A DNA stretch of 64,000 bases, from assembly GCA_013265495.1 (NCBI GenBank), contig MU058009.1:4096739-4160738 (forward strand). Reading direction: 5' to 3'. Below, in pieces: positions 1-10,633 of the stretch. Under the pieces are notes generated by a model that made no database searches, was not told the DNA's origin, and was given only the letters and a program-made list of their open reading frames with translations. The number at the start of each line of letters is the position of its first letter. Within the stretch, counting starts at the first letter, position 1. This stretch comes from Vicugna vicugna (Eukaryota). A program made the position numbers and the translations under genes.

Positions 1-159
1 CAGATTCTTATCCTCTGCCCATTTTTTTTTTTTTGATTGTACTGGCTTTTCCTTAGAGAGCTGCAACATTCTTTGCACATTCTCAATACTAATTGCTTGT
101 GTGAGTTTTAGATGTTGAGAGTATATTCATATGTATTTTATGGCATCTTTTGTCAGTGC

Positions 160-347
160 GGCAGTGTGTGGCAATTAAGGGCGCACGTGCTGGAACCAAA
201 CCGCCTTGGCTCACGCCCGCTGACGCTCTGTGGCTTTAGTGACGGTTCTCAGGCTTCTGTCTGTAAAGTGGGTACATTAAGGTTACAGTCCTTATAGGAC
301 TTTGACTGGGATTAAATGACTTTAAATTTGTAAAGAACAATACCTGC
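160..347 (+). mobile_element. MIR SINE
   Basis: MIR core-like ctcaggcttctgtctgtaaagtggg ... gggattaaatga ... tgtaaag. Confidence 0.75.
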
Positions 348-592
348 CCCCCCCCCAGGTTCTCTATGTGTTTTTCTCCCAGTGAAACAAATAACTTTTT
401 CTTACCTTTGTAATTTCACCTTTCCCATCTAGGTCATTGATGTGAAGTCTACCTTAACATGATGTAATATAACCTTCCTTAACAAAAGGCGGGAGCTAGC
501 TTTGCTTTTTCCATGTTGTGAACCGGTTTTCCAGTGTCTTCTGCAAAAGCTCGCTCGTCCCCGCTTCCCGCGGGGCTGCTGCGCCCGCGCCG

Positions 593-819
593 CGCCCGGC
601 ACGCGCTCGGTGGTCTTCCTGCGCGCTTGGTGGTCTCCCGGCACGTGCTTGGTGGTCGCCCGGCACGCGCTTGGTGGTCTCCTGGCACGCGCTTGGTGGT
701 CGCCCGGCACGCGCTCGGTGGTCTTCCTGCGCGCTTGGTGGTCGCCCGGCACGCGCTCGGTGGTCTTCCTGCGCGCTTGGTGGTCTCCCGGCACGCGCTC
801 GGTGGTCTTCCTGCGCACT
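593..819. repeat. CpG-rich minisatellite built from 22-bp (A) and 20-bp (B) variant units
   Basis: A = c(g/t)cc(c/t)ggcacg(c/t)gct(c/t)ggtggt, B = cttcctgcgcgcttggtggt; order A B A A A A B A B A B(partial), read directly. Confidence 0.95.
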
Positions 820-1029
820 CGTCCGCGCCGCTGGCCCGCGTCCTGGGCCTCCGCTGTGCTGTGTGTCCTTCTAGCGGCGCTGCCTGCGGGGGTGGCCGTC
901 CCCGTCCTCTGTCTTCTTTCTGCTTGTGTTTCTGCCTGGATCCCTACAGACTTCTCCTGTCCATCTGTGCTGGCAGAGCTTCCGTAGCTTCCCTAGGATT
1001 CCCGGAGGGTGTCTTGGGCGGAAGGACTC

Positions 1030-1195
1030 CTACCCCGCTTCTGCCTCCGCTGAGCCTCACGTCTGAGTTACCGAAGCTCCCTTCCCCTTGGTTTCCTCAT
1101 CCCCAGGTCACTACGTTTCTCACAGAGTTACCGTGAAAGTTCAGCGAGACACCGTGCATGCAGGGCCTGGCACATCTCACATGTCGCAATTCTTA
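1030..1195 (+). mobile_element. MIR SINE (degenerate)
   Basis: ccttggtttcctcatc core and gggcctggcaca 3' motif. Confidence 0.6.
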
Positions 1196-2207
1196 GGCAC
1201 CAGCGTTACCGCGGTCTAACCTGCAGGCCTCTCAGATGTCGGTGGGGAGAGAAGACAGTCTCGGGGTTTAAACTTTTGAAGAGGCTGAGGCGCATCACTG
1301 ACGCTCCGAGCCACTCGCGCCCACGTGCTGTCCTCCGAGCCCCCCGCCAGTCAGCTTGCAGGCGCCTCGCAGGCCTCCCCACACGCACAGCTGAGCGCCC
1401 TGCTCCTGGCGGCGGCCCCTCAGACGTGGAGTCTGCTCCGCCTTACGCCTTAGAAAGTGCTCAGATCGCGCAGCTCCCTGCCCCCCGCCCTCTCTGCGCT
1501 TCCTGCTTCCTTATCTTCAGGTAACGGGTGAGGACAAACGAGGGGTCTTCCTTCTTACAGGACGTCTGGTCTCCTTGGCTTATAACCCACTCAAAGTTAA
1601 GAAAAATAAACCAAAGCCACGGACAGTACACACCTAAACGCCTGGCGCCCTGCGTGAGCACACGTGTCGTCGCTGGAGGCTCCCTCCTTTGCACCTCCAG
1701 GTTGTGGGAGGGTGCGCACAGGAGGGGGTACGTGTGCACAGGGTACCGGCTCGCACCCGGGCACGCCGGCGTGCTTACCACCCTGTTTAGTACTGCGGTG
1801 TTAGTCTTTCTCAAGAGTTCCTCCTGGGGGGGAGTCTACGGGCTGGACTGGAGGGTCCTTGGTTTCCGGCTGTCACACTGGACAGGAAGAGGGTCAGGGG
1901 CAGCTGGGCCTGGAGTGGACCCCGAGGCTCTGTGGTCATCAGGAAGGGGACAAAGTTCTGCCCAGCGTTTCCTGTCATTTATCCTGCAGAGCTTGGCAGT
2001 GTCCTCTGTGCGGGATCAGGGGTACGAGGAGCCAGACCGGGGACCCCACAGCCGGCCCCCCAGAGAGTCACCACCTTCAGCAGCAACAGTCAAGCTTCCT
2101 CAGGAAGGCCTGCTGGCCCCTGTTCCCTGGGGCCTGGTTAACTTCTCAAAAACAATTAAGTGGCCGTTGAATGTATTTCAAACATGTGATTGGTGCAGAT
2201 TAATTGC

Positions 2208-2291
2208 TGTTTTTTTTTTTCCTTCCTTGCTTTCTTTTTTTTTTTTTTCCTTCCTGTTTTTTTTTTTTCCTTCCTGTTTTTTTTTTTTTTT
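2208..2291. repeat. Compound poly(T) repeat, T(n)-CCTTCCT units
   Basis: Four T runs of 11 or more separated by ccttcct-containing spacers. Confidence 0.9.
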
Positions 2292-3949
2292 AATTTGAAA
2301 GAGCTCAAATGCAGTGTAACTCAGCTTTCGGTGCATTTGTAATGGGGTCCAGTTGAAGCAGCGCAGGGGCCGTGGGCGGTGGGGGGAAGGGTGGGCCATG
2401 CTCATCATCGCTCCCTTGTCGTCTGTCTCCGGCTGCCCTGGCGGGAGGGGGCCTGGTCCACAGGACGGCCCTCGGTCAGCCCTTAGAAGCTGCCTTTTAC
2501 AGTTGATGGTTTTCAGTGTTCTCTTCCCGTTGTCCATCCTGAGAAAGCTTCAGGGCTCCTATTTTCTAAATTCTTCCTTTCTTACTGCCTCTTCCCTTTT
2601 TCTGAGTAAGGAGGTGGGCACTGTGGTTAACCCACGGATCCCTCAGAAGCATGATGCAGGGAGTCAGTCTCCTCCCTCCCGCCTCCCTCCCTGCCTGGCG
2701 AGGACCCACATTCACCACCGGTGGATCCAATTACTAGTGTAAATAACCAAGTCCGCTGGGCTCTCTGGAGCTCCCAGATCCGCAGTGTGAGGGCATCCTC
2801 TCGGAATATGAAGTCTCCGTCATGCCTCTGCTTCTAATTTGCAGAGGAAAGCAAGCCAGTGTGCTGAGGAGCATTTTGCACAGAAAAGAATTCCGGCAGA
2901 AATTCCCACGTGATGGCACAGCTCTCATTTCTGTAATTCTGCTCCCTCTGGGGCGCAGGTACCCTGAGTTTCTCACAACTGTTACCTAAATGAAGAGCAG
3001 CATGAGGGCTCCACAGAGGATGAGCCCCGCTGCGTGGGTGGCTAGCGCACGGCCACTGATCTCTCCTGACATTTACTTCCACTCACGAGCCCAGGGGTGA
3101 CCAGCCCCTCCAGTCCTGGACTCAGAAAATAAATGTCAGCGCCAACCACTGGAAGCTTTCTATGCACACGTGAATATTGGAAATCAAACCTCGTTGGCAT
3201 ATCGCACCCCGAGGCTCCGGTGCCCATCCTTCAGAGGCACGTGACTGTTCTCTGCCACTCCGTTCACCACAGACACGTGATAGCGCTGGGGAAGGGTGTA
3301 AGAGTTTGCTTCCTTTTTTAATGGAAGGGAAAGAAAGCCAACGGAGCTTAACAGCTTTCCCATCATATGCCTTCCGTGCAGGGCTTTGTCTCTCCCATGT
3401 TGTGCTGCCAAGTTTCCCTGGCGCATCTGCTCCTGCTATTGTGAAAACACTGCGCTGCTGCGGGCGGTGCAGGGACGTTCCACTCCCGCCCGAGAGTTCT
3501 GTGCGCTTTAATTGTCCTCAGAGTGGGCTCCACCCGTCCCCCAGGGGCACACCGCTTCCTCAGCCCTCGGCAACAGAAGTCAGAACGTTCTCGGGAGAGT
3601 GGGTCCCTCCTGTAAAGGAAAAATGGGTTCTGGCTTTCAGCTCATTGACTAGTTTTCTCTTAACCTTGAACACGTTTGGACACTCTGCTCCTAGGATGTG
3701 GTTGACGCCCTATGTAAATATATCCAGTAAGGGCTGGGATCGTAAAATAAAGTCAGAAACAGGAGATTTTGTTCCGTTTGACTAGATCCGATAAAAATAG
3801 GATGTCGGGTGAAGATGGGGAGCACATGCCTTGATAACCGGACGCCGTGTGAGTTGCCTTCAGAAAGGAAAAAGGTCGGGGAGTAAATCCCATTCTCAGG
3901 GAACAGTCAGTGATGCAGCATCACGTAGCCTCTGAGAAGCAAGGACCGC

Positions 3950-4290
3950 CCTGGTGATTCACGGAGGAAACCAGCCATGAGCCGAAGGGAAGAGCAGGTT
4001 GCCCAGGACAGTTGCAGGGTGGGGGGGGGCTGTGGAAGGTGCAGCTGGCGTGATGTTCAGGGAGGGGTCTGTTCTGCAAGGGCCCTGAGTGGTCAGAAGG
4101 GAAGGCGGGGCGGGTGAAGTCAGGCTGAGGCGTAACTTCTGGAATGTCAGGGACCGGGGCGCGCGTCCTTTATTCAGTTGAGATGAGAAGGCGGCTTGGG
4201 AGGTAAGTGTTGATGCTCCGGGACAGAAGGTGCGGAGGGCAGTGGAGCAGGCGGGCTGCCTGGAGCAAAACAGTAACCCGCGTTGACTTC
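3950..4290 (-). mobile_element. L2 LINE fragment
   Basis: Purine-rich antisense L2-like text (cagggaggggtctgttctgcaagggccctgag...). Confidence 0.45.
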
Positions 4291-4439
4291 GGAGAACTCA
4301 AGGGAGCTGGTCGCCTGAGTACTCCACCTTGCCGCATGTCTTTCTTCAAAAAAGGGGTGGTAGACTCAGAGCGTTTGCGGCGGGGGCGACTTTGGAGCAC
4401 CAGGTCCAGTGGCTTCCGTGTGACTTTGGCCAGAGAACC

Positions 4440-4735
4440 TGCCCCTGTGAATAGGTCTTACCCGATCCCGAGGAATGGCAGCAGGCACGGTCAGAGGGAA
4501 CGCCGGCGGGCAGCGGTAGCCCTGCCGGGGCTGGCAAGCAGCCGAGGGCTCAGGCTTCCCTTCTCCCCGGAATCTGTCCGGGGGCCCCCGCGGCGGAACC
4601 CCAGGGAGCAGCCTGGAGCCCCGTCTTCCCAGACATTAGTTCCCAAACTGGACCCGTGCAAGTTCTGTCAAAGCAGCTTGCCTTAGTTTATCACATTTCG
4701 GGGCCGCTGCTTACGTAGCCAGAGCCCAGAGAACG
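4440..4735 (+). mobile_element. Possible MLT1 (MaLR) LTR fragment, GC-shifted
   Basis: Ends gtttatcacatttcggggccgctgcttacgtagcc, resembling the MLT1 LTR 3' terminus. Confidence 0.4.
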
Positions 4736-5644
4736 GCAGTGCCCACTGGCGCGTGGCAGCTGCGCGGGGCGCTTTGGTTCTGAGACGCGTCGGTGCACGT
4801 CTGACCTAGGCTTTCACCTGCACGCTTGAGTGTGCCTGACCCGGGACCCCTCCGTCGGAAACACCCGCTCCCACCCGGGGCGCACGGGTGCCCTAGAGTG
4901 CAGTTCGGAAGGCACGTATCCTGTCAGGGTTCCGTCCCCTCCCCTCGCTTTCCACGCGGGGCCCCGAGGCTCAGGGAGCTGGGGTGGAGCAGCCTGCTGG
5001 CGCGGAGGCCCGGGGAGGAGCCGGGGTAGGACTCCTGAATCTGGGACGCCGAAGGGCCTTTTTGGCTGTGTTCTTTTGACTGTTTCCTCACGTCTGCGGG
5101 CAGGCTGCCCACTGAGACGCAGAAAGTCAGGGTTTCCCAGCCAGATTCAAGCAGGCAGCTCCCCGCTGTGCCCCAGCCTGCCTGCCGGGACACTTGCTGG
5201 GGCTTCAGTCAGCCCGTCTCCCGGACGAAGGGAAGAGGTGAGGCCGTCCGTTTTCTCAGGTGTTAGGACGTGCTAAGACTGAGACGTAAACTAAAGACAT
5301 GGGATGCGTCGTCGGCATTCGGCACAGTCATCTCCTGAGGTTTCAAGAAACCAGTGCTCGTTCACAGCCCTCTGGAGCGATCTAGCTGCCCTGCTGCGTT
5401 GGCATTAGGACACCGGGCAAATCTCTGGCCGCAGCGAAGTGTAGCCCACGAGAGTTGCGGAGAGACAGTGACAGGGAGTTACAGAACCCTCTCCCCTGCC
5501 CTGCTTAAGTAAGATGTGATCAGGCAGCTCTCTGCGGCCATTAATGCACTGTCTGGTAACCCAATACGGGGTTATTGCCTGACGCGGTTTGAGAGACAGC
5601 AGCCCCATTATTAACCCAAAAGTGCCCAGAAGGCAGCTCTAAGA

Positions 5645-5946
5645 TGTCATTCTTTCTGCCCAGAAGAGGGTGTGACATTGAAAGATGTCTGACATTTACT
5701 TTTGACAGTACGTTCCTCTCAGACATCATGGCTCACACATGCAGAAATCCGTGGCTCTGCTAATGACACTGGTGACATCTAATTACTAAGTGGCAGTTAA
5801 TGATAACGGCCCTTTGTGCCTGGTGGGGCCATCGCTCTCTGCACGTATTAATCACTGCAGACAAGCTGGTGGTGACAGAAAGGTGGCTTTGTAACTTTAC
5901 TGCTGCTGAGTAAACCGAGTCATGCTCCAGCTGCCCCTTGCTGACA
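5645..5946. promoter_or_regulatory. Candidate enhancer: TGACA (TALE-homeodomain type) and TAAT motif cluster
   Basis: Eight TGACA/TGTCA in about 300 bp plus several TAAT/ATTA, in sequence with no recognisable repeat. Confidence 0.45.
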
Positions 5947-6458
5947 CACGCCAATTCACTGCTTGCTGATTGGAAGCCACACGGACTGTAGTTTTAAAGT
6001 TAACTGAAGAAGAAAAAGGACGCTGGGAAGTAGAGGGGATGGACGTCGAGGGAAAGTTCAGATAACGTTTGGATGCCTTGGCTACTTCTACTCCTGCAGT
6101 TTTGAAATAGGAACTGGTCCTTTGTACTGGACTGGTCCCCAGACCTTAAGCAGTCGGTGCGTTTTTGGCAAAGTGACGTCTTGCATGTCCAGAGTAAGAT
6201 GAATTTATCATCTCCTCCTGGAGCCCCAAAGGTGCTGGATTCTGTTGTGAAGTCAAATTCCACCTGGGTGCTGCTGCTGCATTGGTCCTGGAAGATTAAC
6301 CAATGTCTGTTTGCCAGACGCCTCTTAGAAAACTGAAATTTTAATTAAAAGCAGGGAACTGAAGTGCATAATCTCTGTTGGTCTCCTCTAAACTCCCCAA
6401 ATTGTTTTGTGATGACTTACTTAGAGAATTTCAAAGAGAATTATTTTGAAAAATGGAT

Positions 6459-7160
6459 TTACTATATGATCCAGCAACCTCGCTCCTGGGTATATGCCCA
6501 GAAAAGACAAGAACTCTATTCTGGAAAGACTCACGCACCCCTAATGTTCATAGAAGCACTATTTGCAATATGGCCAAGGCACAGAAGATCCAAGGTGCCC
6601 ATCAACACATGAATGGATAAAGAAGTTGTGGTATATATATATATATAGTGGAGTAGTACTCAGCCATAAAAACCAATGAACCATTGCCATTTGCAGCAAC
6701 ATGGGTGGACCCAGAGATGGTCATACTCAGTGAAGTAAACTCAAAGAATTTACTTCCTCTGACAAATTTACTTATTTGTCAGAGAATGACAAATATTATA
6801 TGATATGACCTATATGTGGAATCTAAAAAAATAGTACAAGTGGACTTACTCACAGAACAGAAACAGACTCACAGACGTAGAAAATCAACTTGTGGTTTCC
6901 AAAGGGGAAAGCTCTAGGGAAGGATAAATTAGGAGTTTGGGATCAACAGACACACACTGCTGTATATAAAATAGACAAACAACGAGGTCCTACAGTACAG
7001 CACAGGGAACGACTTTCAAGAGCTTGTAATAACCTATAACGGAAAAGAGTAAGAAAAAGAATATATGTGTATATGTGTAACCAAGTCACTTTGCTGTACA
7101 CCTGAAACTGACACAGTATTGTACATCGGCTGTACTTCAATTACAAAATAAAATAAAAAA
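6459..7160 (+). mobile_element. 5'-truncated lineage L1 (ORF2 end, 3'UTR, A-rich tail) with 10-bp target-site duplication
   Basis: tatgatccagcaa..., gccatttgcagcaacatgg, cagcacagggaac, gctgtacacctgaaact; TSD AAAAATGGAT at 6449-6458 and 7156-7165. Confidence 0.92.
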
Positions 7161-7264
7161 TGGATAATTACTCAAATTTCTCAGGGTTCTATAGAGAAAT
7201 AGAGTAAGTTTTCACTACACTCTCAGAAACAATTGGAGGACACCACCATTACTTTATATATTAT

Positions 7265-7480
7265 TTTAATTCCCAAATATCAGTTCCCTACTGTGTGCCA
7301 AGCACTGTGCTGAGCCCTTGGTTTATTGACAGAAAAAGCTTTCAGTGTGACTCTTAAGACACTCAGCCCAGTGGTAAAAAGGAAGATAAAGAAACAGCTA
7401 CAAGCCAGTGTGATAAATTCTACCAGAGATGGATGAGCAAATTATGGGGGACTCTGGGGCCTAGAAGAGCAAGAGTTAAC
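7265..7480 (-). mobile_element. L2 3' end
   Basis: ctactgtgtgccaagcactgtgctgag, cagtgtgataaattct. Confidence 0.7.
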
Positions 7481-7615
7481 TTTGCAAGTGGCCCAATGTA
7501 CGTTTCAGTGCTCAGTTTGAATCTGTGTCACTAATGGGAGGTACTTGGTTCTACAGACTTACCCTCTGTCTTTACTCAGAGTGGATTCCATGGTTCTGCA
7601 GTTTGGACCTGTGGA

Positions 7616-7637
7616 GTGTGTGTGTGTGTGTGTGTGT
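7616..7637. repeat. (GT)11 microsatellite
   Basis: Read directly. Confidence 0.95.
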
Positions 7638-9399
7638 TTGCAATAATTTTAAATAACTTGATTATTTTATGACCTCACTAATCCCTACTGGGATCTACTT
7701 GTTTCGACACGGTGGGGTGAAGAGATTTAACCTGTGGGGTGCTCAGGACATGTGGCTCGGCCACAAGATTCTAAACAGTTTGGGCGGTTTACCAAGGCTC
7801 TGCATCTTTTCACTCCAGAATTGCTGACGCTGCCTGTGGAAGGCCTGGCGAGGAGGGAAAGCTGTTCTAGGCGGCACACGTGTTAAGCAGGCAGCAGGAT
7901 TTGCACTTAGGAAGCGTGGCATGGTGACGGCGCGGCTCCCCGGCGAAGCCCCTGCAGCCCCTCCCTCCCTGCCGCTCTGGTCCTGGGCTGGAGGGGTCCT
8001 GATGGAATCTCTCTGCAGCCGCTTTCCCTCCACTGGGGGTGATGCACTGGCATGAAGCTGTTTAAGCGATTACAACAAAACCCTGTTATGCAGATACTCT
8101 GCTTGCCCCGGTCCCCGGCACCTCCTCGGTGTCTCCGCAGCAGGAGAGGACCACAGGGGACACACAGCATCACTGTTGTTGTTTCTGGTTTTTTTCCCTC
8201 TCATTAGAATATCCAACATTTCACTGCTTGGAGAGGATTTGAAAATTGTGCTAGTTCATTTCCGATCCCCCCGCCTGTGCTCTAGGGCCTTGCAAAGGAG
8301 AGGAAATAGCCCCCCCAAAACACTGCTTGAAATTAGGTCAGAGACTGCCCGTCTGCCTAAGGGGCCAAGAAGACGATGAGACGTGTGCTGAGGATCCACA
8401 GGCACTGGGAAGCAGCACCATCACCCTGCAAAGGGGGCTTCTGGCTGCTTACGCGTAGGAACTTGCCCCGACTGGAGGAGGGTGCGTGACACTCCCCGGA
8501 GCGGGGCTCCTGTGTGGACATGGCTAACAGAAGGCACGGGAGGTGAGAGTGCAGAGAGAAGGAGGGAGCACAGAACGAGATCAAATGAGCTGGGGGACAG
8601 CACAGAAGAGGGGCTGCAGGCCCAAGGGGCCAGTTCGGGGGGAGGGGAACAGATGGGGCCGTGAAGCAGATACAGCTGCTCCTGGAACTGCAGGAGCAGC
8701 TGGGGGCCACGCAAGAGGAGAAGGTCCTTCCAGATATGATGCCCTCCCCTGAAAGGCAGTTTCTGCTTCTCTGACGTGTGCCCTTAGAGCAAGCAGCACT
8801 GGGGACATACACAGCGGGAGGGAGGGAGGGTGGAACAAGGCGGGGGATTATTGTAATTCTTAGATAGATGATTTTAAAAAGCGATGATTTGGGTTCTTTT
8901 ATTCATTACACATCATAAAGGACCCAGGCTGTGTCGCCTATGGCTTCAAAATCTAGGACCCTATTAAAACCTTTTCTTGTTAGTAACTCAGTGCTTTGGA
9001 AATTCTCGAAGCAAAAAACGCCGGTTTAATCAAGGCGAGATTTAATACAAAGAAAGGACCTGATCTTGCCTTTCCGCAGAAGAACTTTCAGGATCAAATG
9101 GCTTATGGTTTTCATTTACCTGAAGGGTCCCTGTGGAACCCGCAGTGGGGGGAGGGGCCCTGCATTAGCCTGCAGGGCACACCGGGCTCTGCTTCCTGAG
9201 CGACTCAAAGAAAAAGAGCTTTTTTCAGTCACGCCGTGTGGAAGAAAACCCAGGCCCTCAGCTAGGCACAGAAGCAAACCCACGGCGTGTCTGAAGCAGG
9301 CGAAGGCTGGTTTCCCCCGGCCCCGCTGGACCCCTTTCTTAAGGCGGGATAGGCAATGCGTCTTCAGTTGCTGAATGAGAGTGGGGAGCGAGGACAGGA

Positions 9400-9525
9400 G
9401 ATGCTGGCGCTCAGGAGACAGAGATCTGAGCCGACCCCAGCGTTTCACGTCTCTCTGAATTGTGTAAACTAAGTCCCCAAGCCTCATCTCACATCTGTAA
9501 ATGGAGGGGGCGGTGTTGTGTCCAC
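9400..9525 (+). mobile_element. MIR fragment
   Basis: gcctcatctcacatctgtaaatggagg core-like motif. Confidence 0.55.
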
Positions 9526-9544
9526 CATTAAAAAGAAATCACCG

Positions 9545-10260
9545 ATTGCATGTGTATATATAGATATGTATATTCATACCACAGCTTCTTTATCCAGTCC
9601 TCTGTTATGGACATTTAGATGCTTCCGTGTCTCGGCTATTGTAAGTAGTGCTGCTGTGAACACTGGGGTGCTTGTATCCTTTTGAATTAGAGTTTCCTCC
9701 AGATACATGCCCAGGAGTGGGATTGCTGGATCATAGGGTGAGTCTAGTTTTAGTTTTATAAGGAACCTCCATACTGCTTTCCATAGTGGCTGCACCAAAC
9801 TACGTCCTACCAACAGTGAAAAAGGAGAAAATAATGCCGTTTGCAGCAACATGGATGGACCTGGAGATCGTCATCCTAAGTGAAGTGAGCCAGAAAGAGA
9901 AAGAAACATGCCATATGGTATCACTTACATCTAAAAAAATGACACAAATGAACTTATTTACAGAACAGAAACAGATTCACAGACATAGAAAACAAACTTA
10001 TGGTTACTGAGGGGAGGGGGGTAGGGAGGGATAAACTGGGATTACGGGATTTGCAGATACTGAATACTGTATATAAAATAGATGAACAGCAAGGTCCTGC
10101 TGTACAGCACAGAGAACTATACTGAATACCTTGTGATAACCCACAGTGAAAAAGAACATGAAAAGGAATATGTATGTATAACGTACAACTGAATCACTGT
10201 GCTGTACACCAGAAATGAACACAGCATTGTGAATTGACTCTGCGTCAATTAAAAACAGAA
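9545..10260 (+). mobile_element. Lineage L1 3' end with 5' inversion (9545-9818 antisense, 9819-10260 sense)
   Basis: Minus-strand peptide LVQPLWKAVWRFLIKLKLDSPYDPAIPLLG and plus-strand MPFAATWMDLEIVILSEVSQKEK are consecutive L1 ORF2 C-terminal segments; 3'UTR and A-rich tail on +. Confidence 0.9.
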
Positions 10261-10269
10261 AAGGCCACC

Positions 10270-10633
10270 AGGTAACTCAATATAAGTTTACGTCTTGTTC
10301 ACGTAGGCTAAAATGAGTGTTTCCGATTGTTGGTGAGGAGAGGGGTTCTGCCCCTCAGTCACTGGGGAACCCAGGCCGACAAAGGTTCTGCTACTGGGAA
10401 CGCATGACATCCAGGGTCACCCTTCCAGCCAGACGCAGAAGGAAGAGTGCAGAGGAGCACACACTGGAGGATTTCAGGGGTCATAATGTTACATACCTTT
10501 TTTTTCTCACATTCCTTTGGCTAAAATGCAGTCACTTGATCTACCTGACTGCAGCGCCTGAAAAAGGGACCCAGCCTAATGCCAAGAAAATATGGGAAAT
10601 GGATTTTGCGGTAAGCCAGCAATCAGAGCTACA
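10270..10633 (-). mobile_element. MLT1J-like MaLR LTR
   Basis: ctcacattcctttggctaaaatgcagtcacttgatctacctgactgcag motif; terminal gctaca (tgtagc on minus). Confidence 0.75.

Larger units (their letters stand above)
1..990 (-). mobile_element. Old LINE-1 (L1ME-like) ORF2 remnant, interrupted by a MIR (160-347) and a minisatellite (593-819)
   Basis: T-rich antisense L1 ORF2-like text (e.g. tttcccatctaggtcattgat, ttttccatgttgtgaaccggttttccagtgtc) colinear with recalled L1M consensus; strongly GC-shifted at 550-900. Confidence 0.6.

Noticed and set aside
593..819. Possible CRISPR-like array
   Set aside because: Units are directly tandem with no unique spacers, and the context is mammalian
429..1136. 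Several ORFs with repeated peptides (RKTTERVPGDHQAR; RAWWSPGTRSVVFL)
   Set aside because: Translations of the stop-free GC minisatellite; open in most frames with no protein homology
4170..4210. Perfect donor GAG|GTAAGT with a nearby AG
   Set aside because: Lies in L2-like sequence with only a short pyrimidine tract; likely a pseudo-exon
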